A stretch of 64,000 bases of DNA from Escherichia coli (lineage in GTDB: Bacteria; Pseudomonadota; Gammaproteobacteria; Enterobacterales; Enterobacteriaceae): assembly GCF_030013595.1 (NCBI RefSeq), contig NZ_CP122771.1, one strand, 5' to 3'. The position numbers and the translations under genes are program-made. This document shows positions 41,190 to 52,065 of this stretch, piece by piece; the first letter of the stretch is position 1, and every line of letters starts with the position of its first letter. A model generated the notes under the pieces. It worked only from the letters and a program-made list of their open reading frames with translations, did not search any database and was not told where the DNA came from.

Positions 41190-41615
41190 ATGCAGTATGC
41201 AAAATCTGTCATTCTGAACGTTGAAGAGTGCGACCGTCTGTCTTTTCTGCCTTACCTGTTTGGCAACGATTTTCTGTATGCCGAGGCATCTGTGTACGCG
41301 CTGGCGAAAAAAATGATGCCGGAATATGAAGGCGGATTCTGGCACTTCATCCGCCTGCCGGACGGTGGCGGTTACATGATGCCGGATGGCGACCGTTTTC
41401 ATCTGGTCAACGGTGAAAACTGGTTTGACCGTACGGTCAGCGCCGATGCCGCAGGCATCATTCTGACCTCCCTTGTGATTAACCGCCAGTTGTGGCTGTA
41501 CCACGACAGCGGGGATGCGGGACTGACACACCTGTACCGGATGCGCGATGCGCAGTTGTGGAGCCACATCGAATTTCACCCCGAATGTAACGCGATTTAC
41601 GCGGCACTGGACTGA
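41190..41615 (+). CDS. ArdB/KlcA-family antirestriction protein
   Basis: 141 aa; motifs [20 protein letters not shown] and [10 protein letters not shown] resemble recalled KlcA/ArdB. Confidence 0.75.
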   Translation: MQYAKSVILNVEECDRLSFLPYLFGNDFLYAEASVYALAKKMMPEYEGGFWHFIRLPDGGGYMMPDGDRFHLVNGENWFDRTVSADAAGIILTSLVINRQLWLYHDSGDAGLTHLYRMRDAQLWSHIEFHPECNAIYAALD

Positions 41616-41661
41616 TTAACGGACGGGGCGGCAATGCCGTCCCTGTAAAGGCGACGAGAAC

Positions 41662-42084
41662 ATGTACTGTACTGTTAAAGAAATTATCCGCGAAGTGCTG
41701 GATACAGACGTGCCGGACAGTGAATGCGTTTTTGCCGTGGTGCTGACCCGTGGGGATGTGCGTCACATAGCCCAGGACTGGAACCTGTCAGACGATGAGC
41801 TGGAAACCGTCATGCAGCGGCTGGACGATGCCTTTGAGCATGGTGCGGATGTCAGCGTTGTTCACGACGTTGTTCGTGAACTGATGGAAGAAAAGCGCGC
41901 CAGCCGTCAGGTGACAGTCCCGGCGGTGATGCTGGAAAAAGTGATGGCGCTGGCAGGCAGTGAAATGAAGCGCCTGTATGCCGTCGGGAGTGAGAACGGG
42001 GGCGACGGTGACGCATTCGTCAGGGAAGAACGCGAAGCAATGGACGTTGTGTTACAGGCGCTGGACGGGGAGCACATGTCATGA
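41662..42084 (+). CDS. Hypothetical leading-region protein, paralog of 39513-39947
   Basis: 140 aa; shares N-terminal MYCT and RQVTVPA motif with the paralog. Confidence 0.55.
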   Translation: MYCTVKEIIREVLDTDVPDSECVFAVVLTRGDVRHIAQDWNLSDDELETVMQRLDDAFEHGADVSVVHDVVRELMEEKRASRQVTVPAVMLEKVMALAGSEMKRLYAVGSENGGDGDAFVREEREAMDVVLQALDGEHMS

Positions 42085-42272
42085 ATATCAGCACAGAAAC
42101 CCGCGAAATTCTGCGTAATTACAGGGCCGTGATTAATGCACGACGTCGTGAGATGGGGCAGAAACCGCTCACCACCGCGCAGGTTGTTGATGAAATCTGC
42201 GATTTTGTGGCGAATCAGCAGGCGGTTTTCCTCGGTGGTCACTACATCCTGCAGGGTAACAGAAACAGATGA
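42081..42272 (+). CDS. Hypothetical small protein (63 aa)
   Basis: ATGA overlap with the preceding gene. Confidence 0.4.
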   Translation: MNISTETREILRNYRAVINARRREMGQKPLTTAQVVDEICDFVANQQAVFLGGHYILQGNRNR

Positions 42273-42458
42273 TACAGAGGCAGGCGGTGGAGGCCGCCTG
42301 TCAGCCCGCGCGAAAACCCCTGGCAGGCTGGCGCCTGCCGGAAGGGAAGCGGGCCACGCTGGCGCGTCGCCCGTTACCCTTCCCGTTTGTGATGTGTCCG
42401 GAATGTTTTTTTCTGATGGTATGACCCTGTTCCTGTTGTTGTTGTTGTTCTTTTCTCT

Positions 42459-43072
42459 GCTGCCCTGATTCTGACTACTGCAGTGTTGTCCTGTCTGCCT
42501 GCGCACCTTCGGCTCCCGGCTGCCTGGCGGCATCCGGTCGTCAGGCCCGACTCCGACAGGCAGCTGCTGGCGCACCCGCCAGTCTCCGCCGAACCCGCTG
42601 GCGCGGTTTCGGGCTGTCGCTACGGTCCGATGCGTGAAAACCCCGGGCTTGCAGCGACCGTTCCGGTCGCGCCACCCTTGTCGCGCCGTGGCCTGCGCTC
42701 CCGGCATCCCGGCAAAAGGCCGCCGGGATGTAAGGCGCAACGCCGTTTCGCGCACGCGCTCTCCGTCGTTGCGGCGGGTCCCTGCTCATTGCCTGCCGGG
42801 TGCCACACACCCGTATGAGTCCCTGTCGCCGGGGGCTGATACAGCCACAACCTGCCGCACTGACTGTCCAGGGTAAATGAACAGCCCACAAAATTTTTTA
42901 CCCAAAACCCGGTAAAAAATTTTGCGTTCTGCCCGGGACAGGTGCGTCAGGCCGTGGCAGTGATGCCCCTTGCGGCGAAGGTTCTCAAACGGGTGAAGTT
43001 CATACCACAGGGAATACAGCAGCAGGTTCCCGCGAAACGTCAAAACCGCGGCTCCCGAAACTCAACGGGTGA
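42459..43072 (+). repeat. Leading-region repeat type B, copy 1 (Frpo-like; contains a 14-bp perfect hairpin at 42888-42926)
   Basis: About 600 bp shared with 45926-46373 and 56247-56835; conserved hairpin CAAAATTTTTTACC/GGTAAAAAATTTTG. Confidence 0.7.
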
Positions 43073-43303
43073 TGTTCTTTAAAAATCAGGATTTATTTCA
43101 GGCTCCGGCAATATGCATTTATTTGTTCTGTCAGTCATCCGGCTGGCAGGTAATGAGAACGCAGGAACAGAAGGAGGAAAACACCGGAGAACGTCAGACG
43201 CAGATATGAAAAAAGCAGGTCAGGGACCTGCTTAATCCACACCGCAGAGACTGCACGAACAGTCTTTACGGTTTCATTAATTAACGTCATAAGAGGCTAA
43301 ATT

Positions 43304-43534
43304 ATGACAGTAAGTATTGTTTCACCTTCCGCAGCGGCTGTAAAGCCCCGCCGTCATCCCCGTTTCAGACGCGAAGACATCCCCGCGCCGGAAATTGACC
43401 CCGTGCTGAAAGCCTTCGGGCGACACATTGCCCGGAGTTTTCACCGGGGGCGTGGTGTACACATCCCCGCCATGAAAAACACGACCTTCGGGCAGGTGCT
43501 CCGCACACTCGAACTGAAACGCGCTTTTAACTGA
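43304..43534 (+). CDS. Hypothetical small basic protein (76 aa)
   Basis: ATG with upstream gaggc; first ORF after repeat B copy 1. Confidence 0.4.
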   Translation: MTVSIVSPSAAAVKPRRHPRFRREDIPAPEIDPVLKAFGRHIARSFHRGRGVHIPAMKNTTFGQVLRTLELKRAFN

Positions 43535-43585
43535 TGAGGTGAGCCGCCCCGCGAGGGGCGGCAACAGACGGAAGGAGAACATTTT

Positions 43586-44947
43586 ATGACATTAGCAGCA
43601 ATCACCATGACCGCCCCGGAAGCCGCCAGCCCTGTGCAGATGTACCGCGCGACCTACTCACCGGATGACAACAAACTGCGCCTGTATGCCGTGTCACGTC
43701 TTGACCCGGAGACGTATAAAAAAGTGCATGATGCCGGTTTCCGCTGGGCACCAAAACAGGAGCTGTTTGTCGCGCTAGCCTGGACACCGGGCCGGGAAGA
43801 CGTGCTCCTCTCACTTGCCGGAGAGATTGAGGATGAAGACAGCACGCTCGCTGAACGTCAGGAAGCACGGGCGGAGCGGTTTACCGGATACAGCGGAAAG
43901 CGGGCCAGTGAATCCGCACAGGCACTTGATGAAGTGGAAAGACTGGCCGCGATGATCCCGCCCGGTCAGCCCATTCTTGTGGGGCATCACAGCGAACGCC
44001 GCACCCGTCGTGATGCGCAGCGTATTGAAAACGGCATGAAACGAGCAGTGATGCTCTTTGAACGTGCGGAATACTGGGAAGAGCGGGCGCGGTCGGCACG
44101 GCTTCACGCGAAGTATAAAGAACGTCCGGACGTTCGCTGGCGTCGCATCAAAAAAATCGAAGCTGATTTGCGCAAGGCTGAAAAGACCATCGCACAGTCG
44201 CAGAAATATCTGACGATGTGGCGGGCTGAATCGCTGGATCTGAATATGGCAAAATTCATCAGCAGTTATGACCGTATCAGTGCCTGTTTCCCGCTGGATA
44301 CGTATCCGCGCCCGGCAGAAAAAAGCCAGTATGAAGGGAGCCGGTCGTTATGGTCGGCCCTGGATGATGACATCATCACCACGGAGCAGGCCCGCGAAAT
44401 TGCGATCCGCTGTCATGAACGGCAGATTCAGCATCAACAACGCTGGGTTAACCACTATCAGAACCGCCTGATCTATGAGCGTACCATGCTGGACGAAAGC
44501 GGCGGCGTGGTTACCCGGACACAGGATTTTGAGCCGGGCGGACAGGTTTTCAGCCGGGGCGAGTGGCTGACCATCATCCGTGTGAACAAAAGCAACGGGG
44601 CGGTGAGTTCAGTCACAACGCCGAATTACAGTTTCCTCGGGTACAGCGGCACGATGAAAGTGACGCCCGATCGCATCACGGACTACAAAGCACCATCGGC
44701 AGAAGAGGCTGCCGTCGCCAGCCAGGCCGCGAAGCGTCCGCCGGTAGTCAACTATCCGGGGGAAGGTTTCCGGGAAATGACAAAGGCACAGTGGGCCGCC
44801 CTGCCCCGGGACTGTAAGGCCGTGCGCAGTGTGGCAGAAGCAGAAGACCACGGGGCATACCGCTACCGCCGCACAATGGACAATAATTTCCGTCTGGTGA
44901 ATGTGTATATCACCGACATGAAAATTACGGAAATCCCACAGAAATAA
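43586..44947 (+). CDS. Conserved leading-region protein (453 aa)
   Basis: RBS aaggaga before ATG 43586; long uninterrupted ORF. Confidence 0.6.
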   Translation: MTLAAITMTAPEAASPVQMYRATYSPDDNKLRLYAVSRLDPETYKKVHDAGFRWAPKQELFVALAWTPGREDVLLSLAGEIEDEDSTLAERQEARAERFTGYSGKRASESAQALDEVERLAAMIPPGQPILVGHHSERRTRRDAQRIENGMKRAVMLFERAEYWEERARSARLHAKYKERPDVRWRRIKKIEADLRKAEKTIAQSQKYLTMWRAESLDLNMAKFISSYDRISACFPLDTYPRPAEKSQYEGSRSLWSALDDDIITTEQAREIAIRCHERQIQHQQRWVNHYQNRLIYERTMLDESGGVVTRTQDFEPGGQVFSRGEWLTIIRVNKSNGAVSSVTTPNYSFLGYSGTMKVTPDRITDYKAPSAEEAAVASQAAKRPPVVNYPGEGFREMTKAQWAALPRDCKAVRSVAEAEDHGAYRYRRTMDNNFRLVNVYITDMKITEIPQK

Positions 44948-44993
44948 GGTATATCCCCCCGGGAAATCCCCGGGGGATGACGGAGATAATGAC

Positions 44994-45557
44994 ATGCACA
45001 GTCAGTTAAGAGAACGTATCCGGCTGATGCGCGCAAGGCTGGATAACGCCGCGCCGGTTGCTGAAATCCGGGCTGAATCTCAGCTTTTTGTGACTCCTGC
45101 CCCGGTCTGTGATCGCCTGGTGACGCTGGCGGAGATCAGCAACCGTGATCACATTCTGGAACCCTCTGCCGGCACCGGGGCCATACTGCGGGCGATTCGG
45201 GATACCGCGCCGGGGGCCATGTGTGATGCGGTGGAAATCAACAGCGGGCTGGTCCGGTATCTGCGGGAAAATTTTAACGGTGTCAGGGTTCAGTGTGGCG
45301 ACTTCATGGAATGGCAGCCGGTGCAGTATTACAGCCGGGTTATCATGAATCCGCCGTTCAGCCACGGGCAGGATATCCGGCATATCCTGCGGGCCTTTTC
45401 CCTGTTGCGTCCGGGTGGCGTGCTGGTCGCCGTCTGTCTCAACGGACCACGCCAGCAGGAGAAGCTGTTGCCGTTTTCTGACGTCCGCGAGGAGCTGCCG
45501 CGCGGCACGTTTGCTTATACCCGTGTTCCGACGATGATTATTCGTCTGCGGGCCTGA
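44994..45557 (+). CDS. Orphan SAM-dependent DNA methyltransferase (EPSAGTGA motif I, then NPPF motif IV)
   Basis: 187 aa with ILEPSAGTGAIL and VIMNPPFSHG; no partner endonuclease. Confidence 0.7.
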   Translation: MHSQLRERIRLMRARLDNAAPVAEIRAESQLFVTPAPVCDRLVTLAEISNRDHILEPSAGTGAILRAIRDTAPGAMCDAVEINSGLVRYLRENFNGVRVQCGDFMEWQPVQYYSRVIMNPPFSHGQDIRHILRAFSLLRPGGVLVAVCLNGPRQQEKLLPFSDVREELPRGTFAYTRVPTMIIRLRA

Positions 45558-45721
45558 AGACGCCGGGCAGGCGGGAGGATAAATGCCTGTCTGTCCGCGC
45601 CGGGAAAAGACCGCGCGCCGGTGGCGCTGAAAGGGGCCGCGCTGACGCGCCGCCCCTTTCATTACGCGGACGTTCTGACGGGGGCTTCTGTCTTTTCAGA
45701 CCTGTCATTTGCCTGTTACTG

Positions 45722-45775
45722 ATGATGTTGTTGTTCCTGCTACTGCTACTGCTACTGCTACTGCTACTGCTACTG
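45722..45775 (+). repeat. Microsatellite (GTT)n followed by (CTGCTA)6 upstream of repeat B copy 2
   Basis: Six perfect tandem CTGCTA units read directly; the equivalent position in copy 1 (42432-42450) carries (GTT)5. Confidence 0.85.
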
Positions 45776-45925
45776 TTCTTCTTTTTTCTGATGCTCTCAT
45801 TACTGTCTGTTTTGTTGTTCTCCTGCTTATGCCTTTTCCGGGCGTCCCCCTGGCGGGGCGGGCTGTCGTGAACGGAGCCAGCGAAGCTGTCTCCGCCCTG
45901 GCGGGCTTCCATCCCTGACGCCAAA

Positions 45926-46373
45926 CCCCCTGGCTTGCAGCGACCGTTCCGGTCGCGCCGCCTCTGTCGCGCCGTGACCTGCGCTCCCGGCATCCCGGCA
46001 AAAGGCCGCCGGGATGTGAGGGGCAACGCCGTTTCGCGCACGCGCTCTTCGTCGTTGCGGCGGGTGCCTGCCCGTTGTTGTATCCGGTGCCCTGCACCCG
46101 TTTAAGCCCCTGTCGCCGGGGGCAAAGACAGCCACAACCGTCTCCGCCAGTCCAGGGGTGAAATGCACATCCCACAAAAGTTTTTGCCCAAAAGCCGGCA
46201 AAAACTTTTGTGGTCTGCCCCCGGACAGTCGTTTCCGGCCGTGGCAGTGATGCCCCTTGCGGCGAAGGTTCTCAAACGGGTGATGGTTAATACCGGAGGG
46301 AACAAACGGCAGGTCCCCGCAAAACGTCAAAACCGCGGCTCCCGAAACTCAACGGGTGATGGGGGCTGAAAAC
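45926..46373 (+). repeat. Leading-region repeat type B, copy 2 (5'-truncated; hairpin at 46174-46212)
   Basis: Aligns with copy 1 from ...ggcttgcagcgaccgttcc onward; hairpin arms carry compensatory changes. Confidence 0.7.
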
Positions 46374-46394
46374 ATCAACAGAAGGAGACACATC

Positions 46395-46925
46395 ATGGCA
46401 GTTCGTGGAATTAACAAGGTCATTCTTGTCGGTCGCCTGGGAAAAGATCCGGAAGTCCGTTACATCCCCAACGGGGGCGCAGTGGCAAACCTGCAGGTGG
46501 CCACGTCAGAAAGCTGGCGTGACAAACAGACGGGGGAGATGCGGGAGCAGACGGAATGGCATCGCGTGGTGTTGTTCGGCAAGCTCGCGGAAGTGGCTGG
46601 TGAATATTTGCGTAAGGGTGCGCAGGTCTACATCGAGGGGCAACTCCGTACCCGTAGCTGGGACGACAACAACGGCGTCACCCGTTACATCACTGAAATC
46701 CTTGTTAAAAACACGGGCACCATGCAGATGCTGGGACGTGCCGCAGGTACTCAGACTCAGCCGGAAGAGGCGCAACAGTTCAGCGGTCAGCCTCAGCCGG
46801 AATCACAGCCGGAACCGAAAAAAGGTGGCGCGAAAACGAAAGGCCGTGGACGTAAGGCCGCGCAGCCGGAGCCTCAGCAGCCGTCTGAACCCGCGTATGA
46901 CTTCGATGACGACATTCCGTTCTAA
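46395..46925 (+). CDS. ssb: Plasmid single-stranded DNA-binding protein
   Basis: [48 protein letters not shown]... OB-fold and acidic C-terminal tail DFDDDIPF. Confidence 0.9.
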   Translation: MAVRGINKVILVGRLGKDPEVRYIPNGGAVANLQVATSESWRDKQTGEMREQTEWHRVVLFGKLAEVAGEYLRKGAQVYIEGQLRTRSWDDNNGVTRYITEILVKNTGTMQMLGRAAGTQTQPEEAQQFSGQPQPESQPEPKKGGAKTKGRGRKAAQPEPQQPSEPAYDFDDDIPF

Positions 46926-46953
46926 CGAAAGACAGTGACAACCGCCCCGTCCA

Positions 46954-47214
46954 GTGCGGGGCATCACCGGAGATATGAGGATGAGCGAATATTTCAGAAT
47001 ATTTCAGGGGCTGCCTGACGGCTCCTTTACCCGCGAACAGGCTGAAGCCGTTGCCGCACAGTACCGGAATGTCTTTATCGAGGATGATCAGGGAACGCAT
47101 TTTCGCCTGGTTGTCCGCAATAACAGTGGCCTGGTCTGGCGTACCTGGAATTTTGAGGACGGTGCCGGGTACTGGATGAACCATGTCATCCGGAATTTCG
47201 GCATTCTTAAGTAA
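46954..47214 (+). CDS. Hypothetical small leading-region protein (86 aa)
   Basis: ORF immediately after ssb; internal ATG at 46981 is an alternative start. Confidence 0.45.
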   Translation: MRGITGDMRMSEYFRIFQGLPDGSFTREQAEAVAAQYRNVFIEDDQGTHFRLVVRNNSGLVWRTWNFEDGAGYWMNHVIRNFGILK

Positions 47215-47277
47215 GAGAGGTGCCGGACGGGAACGCGTCCGGCAGACATACAACCATCCCGGTCAAAGGAGAAATAT

Positions 47278-49236
47278 ATGTCAGTTACAGAGTCTAAGAC
47301 AAAAACGGAGCGTAAATCCAGCCGTAAACCTGCAAAAACGCAGGAAACAGTCCTGTCTGCCCTGCTGGCGCAGACGGAGGAAGTGAGCGTGCCGCTGGCC
47401 TCACTGATTAAATCACCGCTGAATGTGCGCACGGTGCCGTATTCTGCGGAGTCCGTCAGCGAACTGGCGGACTCCATTAAAGGTGTCGGCCTGTTACAGA
47501 ATCTGGTTGTTCATGCCCTGCCAGGTGACCGTTACGGTGTCGCCGCAGGCGGTCGCCGACTGGCAGCACTCAACATGCTGGCAGAGCGCAACATCCTTCC
47601 GGCTGACTGGCCTGTACGCGTGAAGGTCATTCCGCAGGAGCTGGCGACTGCCGCATCGATGACCGAGAACGGTCAGCGTCGGGATATGCACCCTGCCGAA
47701 CAGATTGCCGGATTCCGCGCAATGGCGCAGGAAGGCAAAACACCTGCACAAATCGGTGATTTGCTGGGCTATTCACCCCGCCACGTTCAGCGAATGCTGA
47801 AACTGGCTGACCTTGCGCCTGTCATCCTCGATGCGCTGGCAGAAGACCGCATCACCACCGAACACTGTCAGGCGCTGGCGCTGGAGAACGACACCGCGCG
47901 TCAGGTGCAGGTGTTTGAAGCCGCCTGTCAGTCGGGATGGGGCGGTAAACCGGAAGTACAGACCATTCGTCGTCTGGTGACCGAAAGTGAAGTGGCGGTG
48001 GCGGGGAACAGTAAATTCCGCTTCGTGGGGGCTGATGCCTTCTCGCCAGACGAACTGCGCACCGATTTGTTCAGCGACGACGAAGGTGGCTATGTGGACT
48101 GCGTGGCGCTCGATGCCGCCCTGCTGGAAAAACTCCAGGCTGTCGCAGAGTTCCTTCGGGAAGCCGAAGGCTGGGAATGGTGCGCCGGACGCATGGAGCC
48201 TGTCGGTGAGTGCCGTGAGGATGCCGGAACATACCGCTGTCTGCCGGAGCCGGAAGCGGTGCTGACGGAGGCGGAAGAAGAACGTCTGAACGAACTGATG
48301 ACGCGTTACGACGCGCCGGAAAACCAGTGTGAGGAATCTGACCTGCTGGAAGCAGAAATGAAGCTGATGCGCTGCATGGCGAAGGTCAGGGCGTGGACGC
48401 CGGAGATGCGTGCCGGAGGTGGAGTGGTGGTGTCCTGGCGTTATGGCAACGTGTGTGTCCAGCGTGGTGTGCAGTTGCGCAGTGAGGATGACGTGGCTGA
48501 CGACGCTGACCGTACGGAACAGGTGCAGGAGAAAGCGTCAGTGGAGGAAATCAGTCTGCCACTGCTGACGAAAATGTCTTCCGAACGCACGCTGGCAGTC
48601 CAGGCAGCACTGATGCAGCAACCGGACAAATCTCTGGCACTGCTGGCATGGACGCTCTGCCTGAATGTGTTTGGCAGCGGAGCGTACAGTAAACCAGCAC
48701 AAATCAGCCTGGAATGTAAACATTATTCGCTGACCAGCGATGCGCCATCGGGGAAGGAAGGTGCCGCATTCATGGCGCTGATGGCAGAAAAAGCCCGTCT
48801 TGCTGCCCTGTTACCGGAGGGATGGTCACGGGACATGACGACATTCCTGTCACTCAGTCAGGAGGTGCTGTTATCCCTGCTCAGTTTCTGCACCGCATGC
48901 AGCCTTAACGGTGTCCAGACCCGTGAGTGTGGTCACACGTCACGCAGTCCGCTTGACACGCTGGAAACCGCCATCGGCTTTCACATGCGAGACTGGTGGC
49001 AGCCGACAAAAGCAAACTTCTTCGGACACCTGAAAAAGCCGCAGATTATCGCAGCCCTGAATGATGCCGGACTGTCCGGTGCCGCACGGGATGCAGAGAA
49101 GATGAAGAAAGGTGATGCGGCTGAACATGCAGAGCACCATATGAAAGACAACCGCTGGGTGCCTGGCTGGATGTGTGCACCACGTCCACAGACGGATACC
49201 ACTGAACGCACCGATAACCTGGCTGATGCCGCCTGA
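47278..49236 (+). CDS. ParB-like nuclease-domain protein (652 aa)
   Basis: RBS aaaggaga before ATG; N-terminal ParB/Srx-like region (LQNLVVHALPGDRYGVAAGGRRLAAL). Confidence 0.75.
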   Translation: MSVTESKTKTERKSSRKPAKTQETVLSALLAQTEEVSVPLASLIKSPLNVRTVPYSAESVSELADSIKGVGLLQNLVVHALPGDRYGVAAGGRRLAALNMLAERNILPADWPVRVKVIPQELATAASMTENGQRRDMHPAEQIAGFRAMAQEGKTPAQIGDLLGYSPRHVQRMLKLADLAPVILDALAEDRITTEHCQALALENDTARQVQVFEAACQSGWGGKPEVQTIRRLVTESEVAVAGNSKFRFVGADAFSPDELRTDLFSDDEGGYVDCVALDAALLEKLQAVAEFLREAEGWEWCAGRMEPVGECREDAGTYRCLPEPEAVLTEAEEERLNELMTRYDAPENQCEESDLLEAEMKLMRCMAKVRAWTPEMRAGGGVVVSWRYGNVCVQRGVQLRSEDDVADDADRTEQVQEKASVEEISLPLLTKMSSERTLAVQAALMQQPDKSLALLAWTLCLNVFGSGAYSKPAQISLECKHYSLTSDAPSGKEGAAFMALMAEKARLAALLPEGWSRDMTTFLSLSQEVLLSLLSFCTACSLNGVQTRECGHTSRSPLDTLETAIGFHMRDWWQPTKANFFGHLKKPQIIAALNDAGLSGAARDAEKMKKGDAAEHAEHHMKDNRWVPGWMCAPRPQTDTTERTDNLADAA

Positions 49237-49290
49237 TGAACAACCACACCGCCCCGCCGGAGACGGGGCGGCAGCAAGGGAGATACCGTG

Positions 49291-49725
49291 ATGAAAACTG
49301 AACTGACCCTGAATGTATTACAGACCATGAGTGCACAGGAATATGAAGATATCCGGGCAGCCGGAAGTGATGAACGTCGTGAGCTGACACACGCCGTGAT
49401 GCGGGAACTGGATGCGCCGGACAACTGGACGATGAACGGCGAGTACGGCAGCGAGTTCGGCGGCTTTTTCCCCGTCCAGGTCCGCTTCACGCCTGCCCAC
49501 GAACGTTTTCACCTGGCGTTATGTTCACCGGGCGATGTCTCTCAGGTCTGGGTGCTGGTTCTGGTGAATGCCGGTGGTGAGCCGTTTGCGGTGGTTCAGG
49601 TGCAGCGGCGGTTTGTACCGGAAGCTGTCAGCCATTCACTGGCACTGGCGGCGTCACTGGATGGGCAGGGGTACAGCGTTAACGACATCATCCATATCCT
49701 GATGGCGGAAGGAGGTCAGGCATGA
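49291..49725 (+). CDS. psiB: PsiB, plasmid SOS-inhibition protein B
   Basis: [36 protein letters not shown]... matches recalled F PsiB (144 aa). Confidence 0.9.
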   Translation: MKTELTLNVLQTMSAQEYEDIRAAGSDERRELTHAVMRELDAPDNWTMNGEYGSEFGGFFPVQVRFTPAHERFHLALCSPGDVSQVWVLVLVNAGGEPFAVVQVQRRFVPEAVSHSLALAASLDGQGYSVNDIIHILMAEGGQA

Positions 49726-50441
49726 GCGCACGTTCACAGGCACTGGTTCCCCTCAGCGCAGAGCAACAGGCCGCATGGCGGGCGGTGGCGGAGACGGAAA
49801 AACGCCGCCATCAGGGAAACTCGCTGGCGGAATATCCGTATGCGGGGGCGTTTTTCCGCTGTCTGAACGGAAGCCGCAGGATATCGCTGTCTGACCTGCG
49901 ATTTTTCATGCCGTCCCTGACCGCAGAAGAACTGCACGGCAACCGTCTTCAGTGGCTGTATGCCATCGATGTGCTGATTGAAACACAGGGCGAGGTCTGC
50001 CTCCTTCCCCTTCCCGGTGATGCAGCAGAGCGGCTGTTCCCGTCGGTGCGGTTCCGTGTCAGGGAACGCAGTCGCCATAAATCCGCGCTGGTCATGCAGA
50101 AGTACAGCCGCCAGCAGGCACGGGAGGCAGAGCAGAAAGCCCGTGCGTACCAGGCGCTGGTTGCTCAGGCTGAAATCGAACTGGCATTCCATTCGCCGGA
50201 GACGGTCGGAAGCTGGCATGCCCGCTGGAGTGACCGGGTGGCGGAGCATGACCTGGAAACGCTGTTCTGGCAGTGGGGTGAGCGTTTTCCGTCACTGGCC
50301 GGAATGGAACGCTGGCAGTGGCAGGATATGCCGTTCTGGCAGGTCATCGCAGAGGCTGGTATGGCGGCAAGGGTGGTCGGTCATGCTGTTCGTGAGATGG
50401 AGCGGTGGATGGTGCCGAACAAACTCCGGGAGGCAGCGTGA
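49722..50441 (+). CDS. psiA: PsiA
   Basis: 239-aa ORF overlapping the psiB stop; size and position as F PsiA. Confidence 0.9.
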   Translation: MSARSQALVPLSAEQQAAWRAVAETEKRRHQGNSLAEYPYAGAFFRCLNGSRRISLSDLRFFMPSLTAEELHGNRLQWLYAIDVLIETQGEVCLLPLPGDAAERLFPSVRFRVRERSRHKSALVMQKYSRQQAREAEQKARAYQALVAQAEIELAFHSPETVGSWHARWSDRVAEHDLETLFWQWGERFPSLAGMERWQWQDMPFWQVIAEAGMAARVVGHAVREMERWMVPNKLREAA

Positions 50442-50474
50442 TGCGTAAGCGGCTCGCCAGAACCGTATTGATAT

Positions 50475-52046
50475 TTACTGAGAGGTCAGATCAACTTTCC
50501 AGGGCAACAGATCGCGTACCCGGTTTGCCGGCCAATCCTGGATATGCTCAATGACGTAACGCAGCCATTTTTCTGGTTCCACATTGTTCAGACGGCATGT
50601 GCCGATCAGCGAGTACAACACCGCCGCATGTTCGCCACCGCTGTCGGAACCCGCGAAGAGCCAGTTTTTCCGGCCTACGGCCACTCCCCGTAAGGCGTTC
50701 TCTGCGATGTTGTTGTCGATTTCCACCCAGCCATTACTGCAGTACACGTTCAGGGCCTCCCACTGTTTCAGCAGGTATGCGAACGCTTTTGCCGTATCCG
50801 AGTGACGCGACAGTGTTTTCATCTGTTCCTGTATCCAGTCATACAGTGACTGCATCAGTGGAGCCGCTCTGGCTTTTCTTGCTGCCAGACGCTGTTCTGC
50901 TGAACATCCCCGGACTTCTGCCTCGATGACATACAGTTCACCGATACGCTGCAGGGCTTCCGTGGTGATGTCGGTTGGCACTCTTGCATGCACATCGTGG
51001 ATTTTTCTCCGGGCATGGGCCATACACGCGGCTTCCGTTATTCTGCCGGATTCGTATAACGCCCGGTAACCACCGTAAGCATCTGCCTGAAGCACACCGC
51101 TGTAACCGGCCAGGTGATTCTGTGGATGGATACCTTTCCGGTCCGGGCTGTACGCGAACCAGACCGCCGGGGGCATCTGTGAACCGGCGTTACGGTCATC
51201 ACGGACATAGACCCACAGCCGGGCAGTTCTTGTTTTACCACTGCCCGGCTCCTGGACCGGAACGGGGATATCATCCGCATGGACTTTACCGGGCATCAGC
51301 ACATACTGGCGCAGCACGTCATACAGCGGCTCCAGCAGTTCAGCAACGGCACCGGTCCAGCGCCCCAGCGTGGCGCGGCTCAGTTCCACGCCCTGACGAA
51401 GGTATATTTCTGACTGGCGGTATAACGGCAGATGGTCTGCATACTTCCCGGTGACGATATGAGCCAGAAGCCCCGCTCCGGCATAACTGCGTGCAATGGG
51501 TTTTGAAGGTACTGGTGCCTGCACGATATGGTCGCACCGGCAACAGGCCAGTTTCGGACGTTGTGTTTCGATAACCTTAAAAGCGCTGCTGATAAGCTCC
51601 AGTTGCTCTGACACATCACACCCCAGAGGACTGAGGTCACCACCACAGGCCGGGCAGCATTCCTCTTCCGGCCGGATGACCCGGGTTTCACGGGGAAGTG
51701 AGGCCGGTAACGGCTTACGGGCTGAAGACTGGCGCAGGGCGGATGGCAGTACCGGGTCATATTGCTCATCCAGCGTTTCCGCCATTTCTTCCTGAAGTGC
51801 GCTGATTCGCTCCTGGGCTTCCTGTATCTGCCGTTCGGTTTTAGCGCGAAGTTTTTCTGAGCTTTTACCGAACTGCATGCGCTGCAGTTTCGCAACCAGC
51901 GCCTTCAGCCGGTTGATTTCGGAAGCATAAGCCGCCACCCGCTGTGAGAGCAGGCGGTTGTATTTCGCCATCTGGCGGATGGTGTCCTGTTGCGTCTGCA
52001 ACAGTGCCCGCAGGCGGGCATTCTCATGAGCAAGTGAGGTGTCCAT
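50475..52046 (-). CDS. IS66-family transposase (TnpC)
   Basis: 523 aa with N-terminal coiled coil, CxxC...CC zinc-finger region and DDE-type core typical of IS66 TnpC. Confidence 0.9.
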   Translation of the reverse strand: MDTSLAHENARLRALLQTQQDTIRQMAKYNRLLSQRVAAYASEINRLKALVAKLQRMQFGKSSEKLRAKTERQIQEAQERISALQEEMAETLDEQYDPVLPSALRQSSARKPLPASLPRETRVIRPEEECCPACGGDLSPLGCDVSEQLELISSAFKVIETQRPKLACCRCDHIVQAPVPSKPIARSYAGAGLLAHIVTGKYADHLPLYRQSEIYLRQGVELSRATLGRWTGAVAELLEPLYDVLRQYVLMPGKVHADDIPVPVQEPGSGKTRTARLWVYVRDDRNAGSQMPPAVWFAYSPDRKGIHPQNHLAGYSGVLQADAYGGYRALYESGRITEAACMAHARRKIHDVHARVPTDITTEALQRIGELYVIEAEVRGCSAEQRLAARKARAAPLMQSLYDWIQEQMKTLSRHSDTAKAFAYLLKQWEALNVYCSNGWVEIDNNIAENALRGVAVGRKNWLFAGSDSGGEHAAVLYSLIGTCRLNNVEPEKWLRYVIEHIQDWPANRVRDLLPWKVDLTSQ

Positions 52047-52065
52047 ATCCTCACTTTACAACGGG

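Noticed and set aside
42541-42891. Multiple 60-170-aa ORFs on both strands inside the type A/B repeats (also 45827-46330, 56556-56792, 36900-37145)
   Set aside because: They lie within non-coding GC-rich repeats whose conservation is at nucleotide and hairpin level; frames differ between copies.
45538-46041. Minus-strand ORF with a poly-Ser run
   Set aside because: The poly-Ser is the translation of the (CTGCTA)n microsatellite; not a gene.
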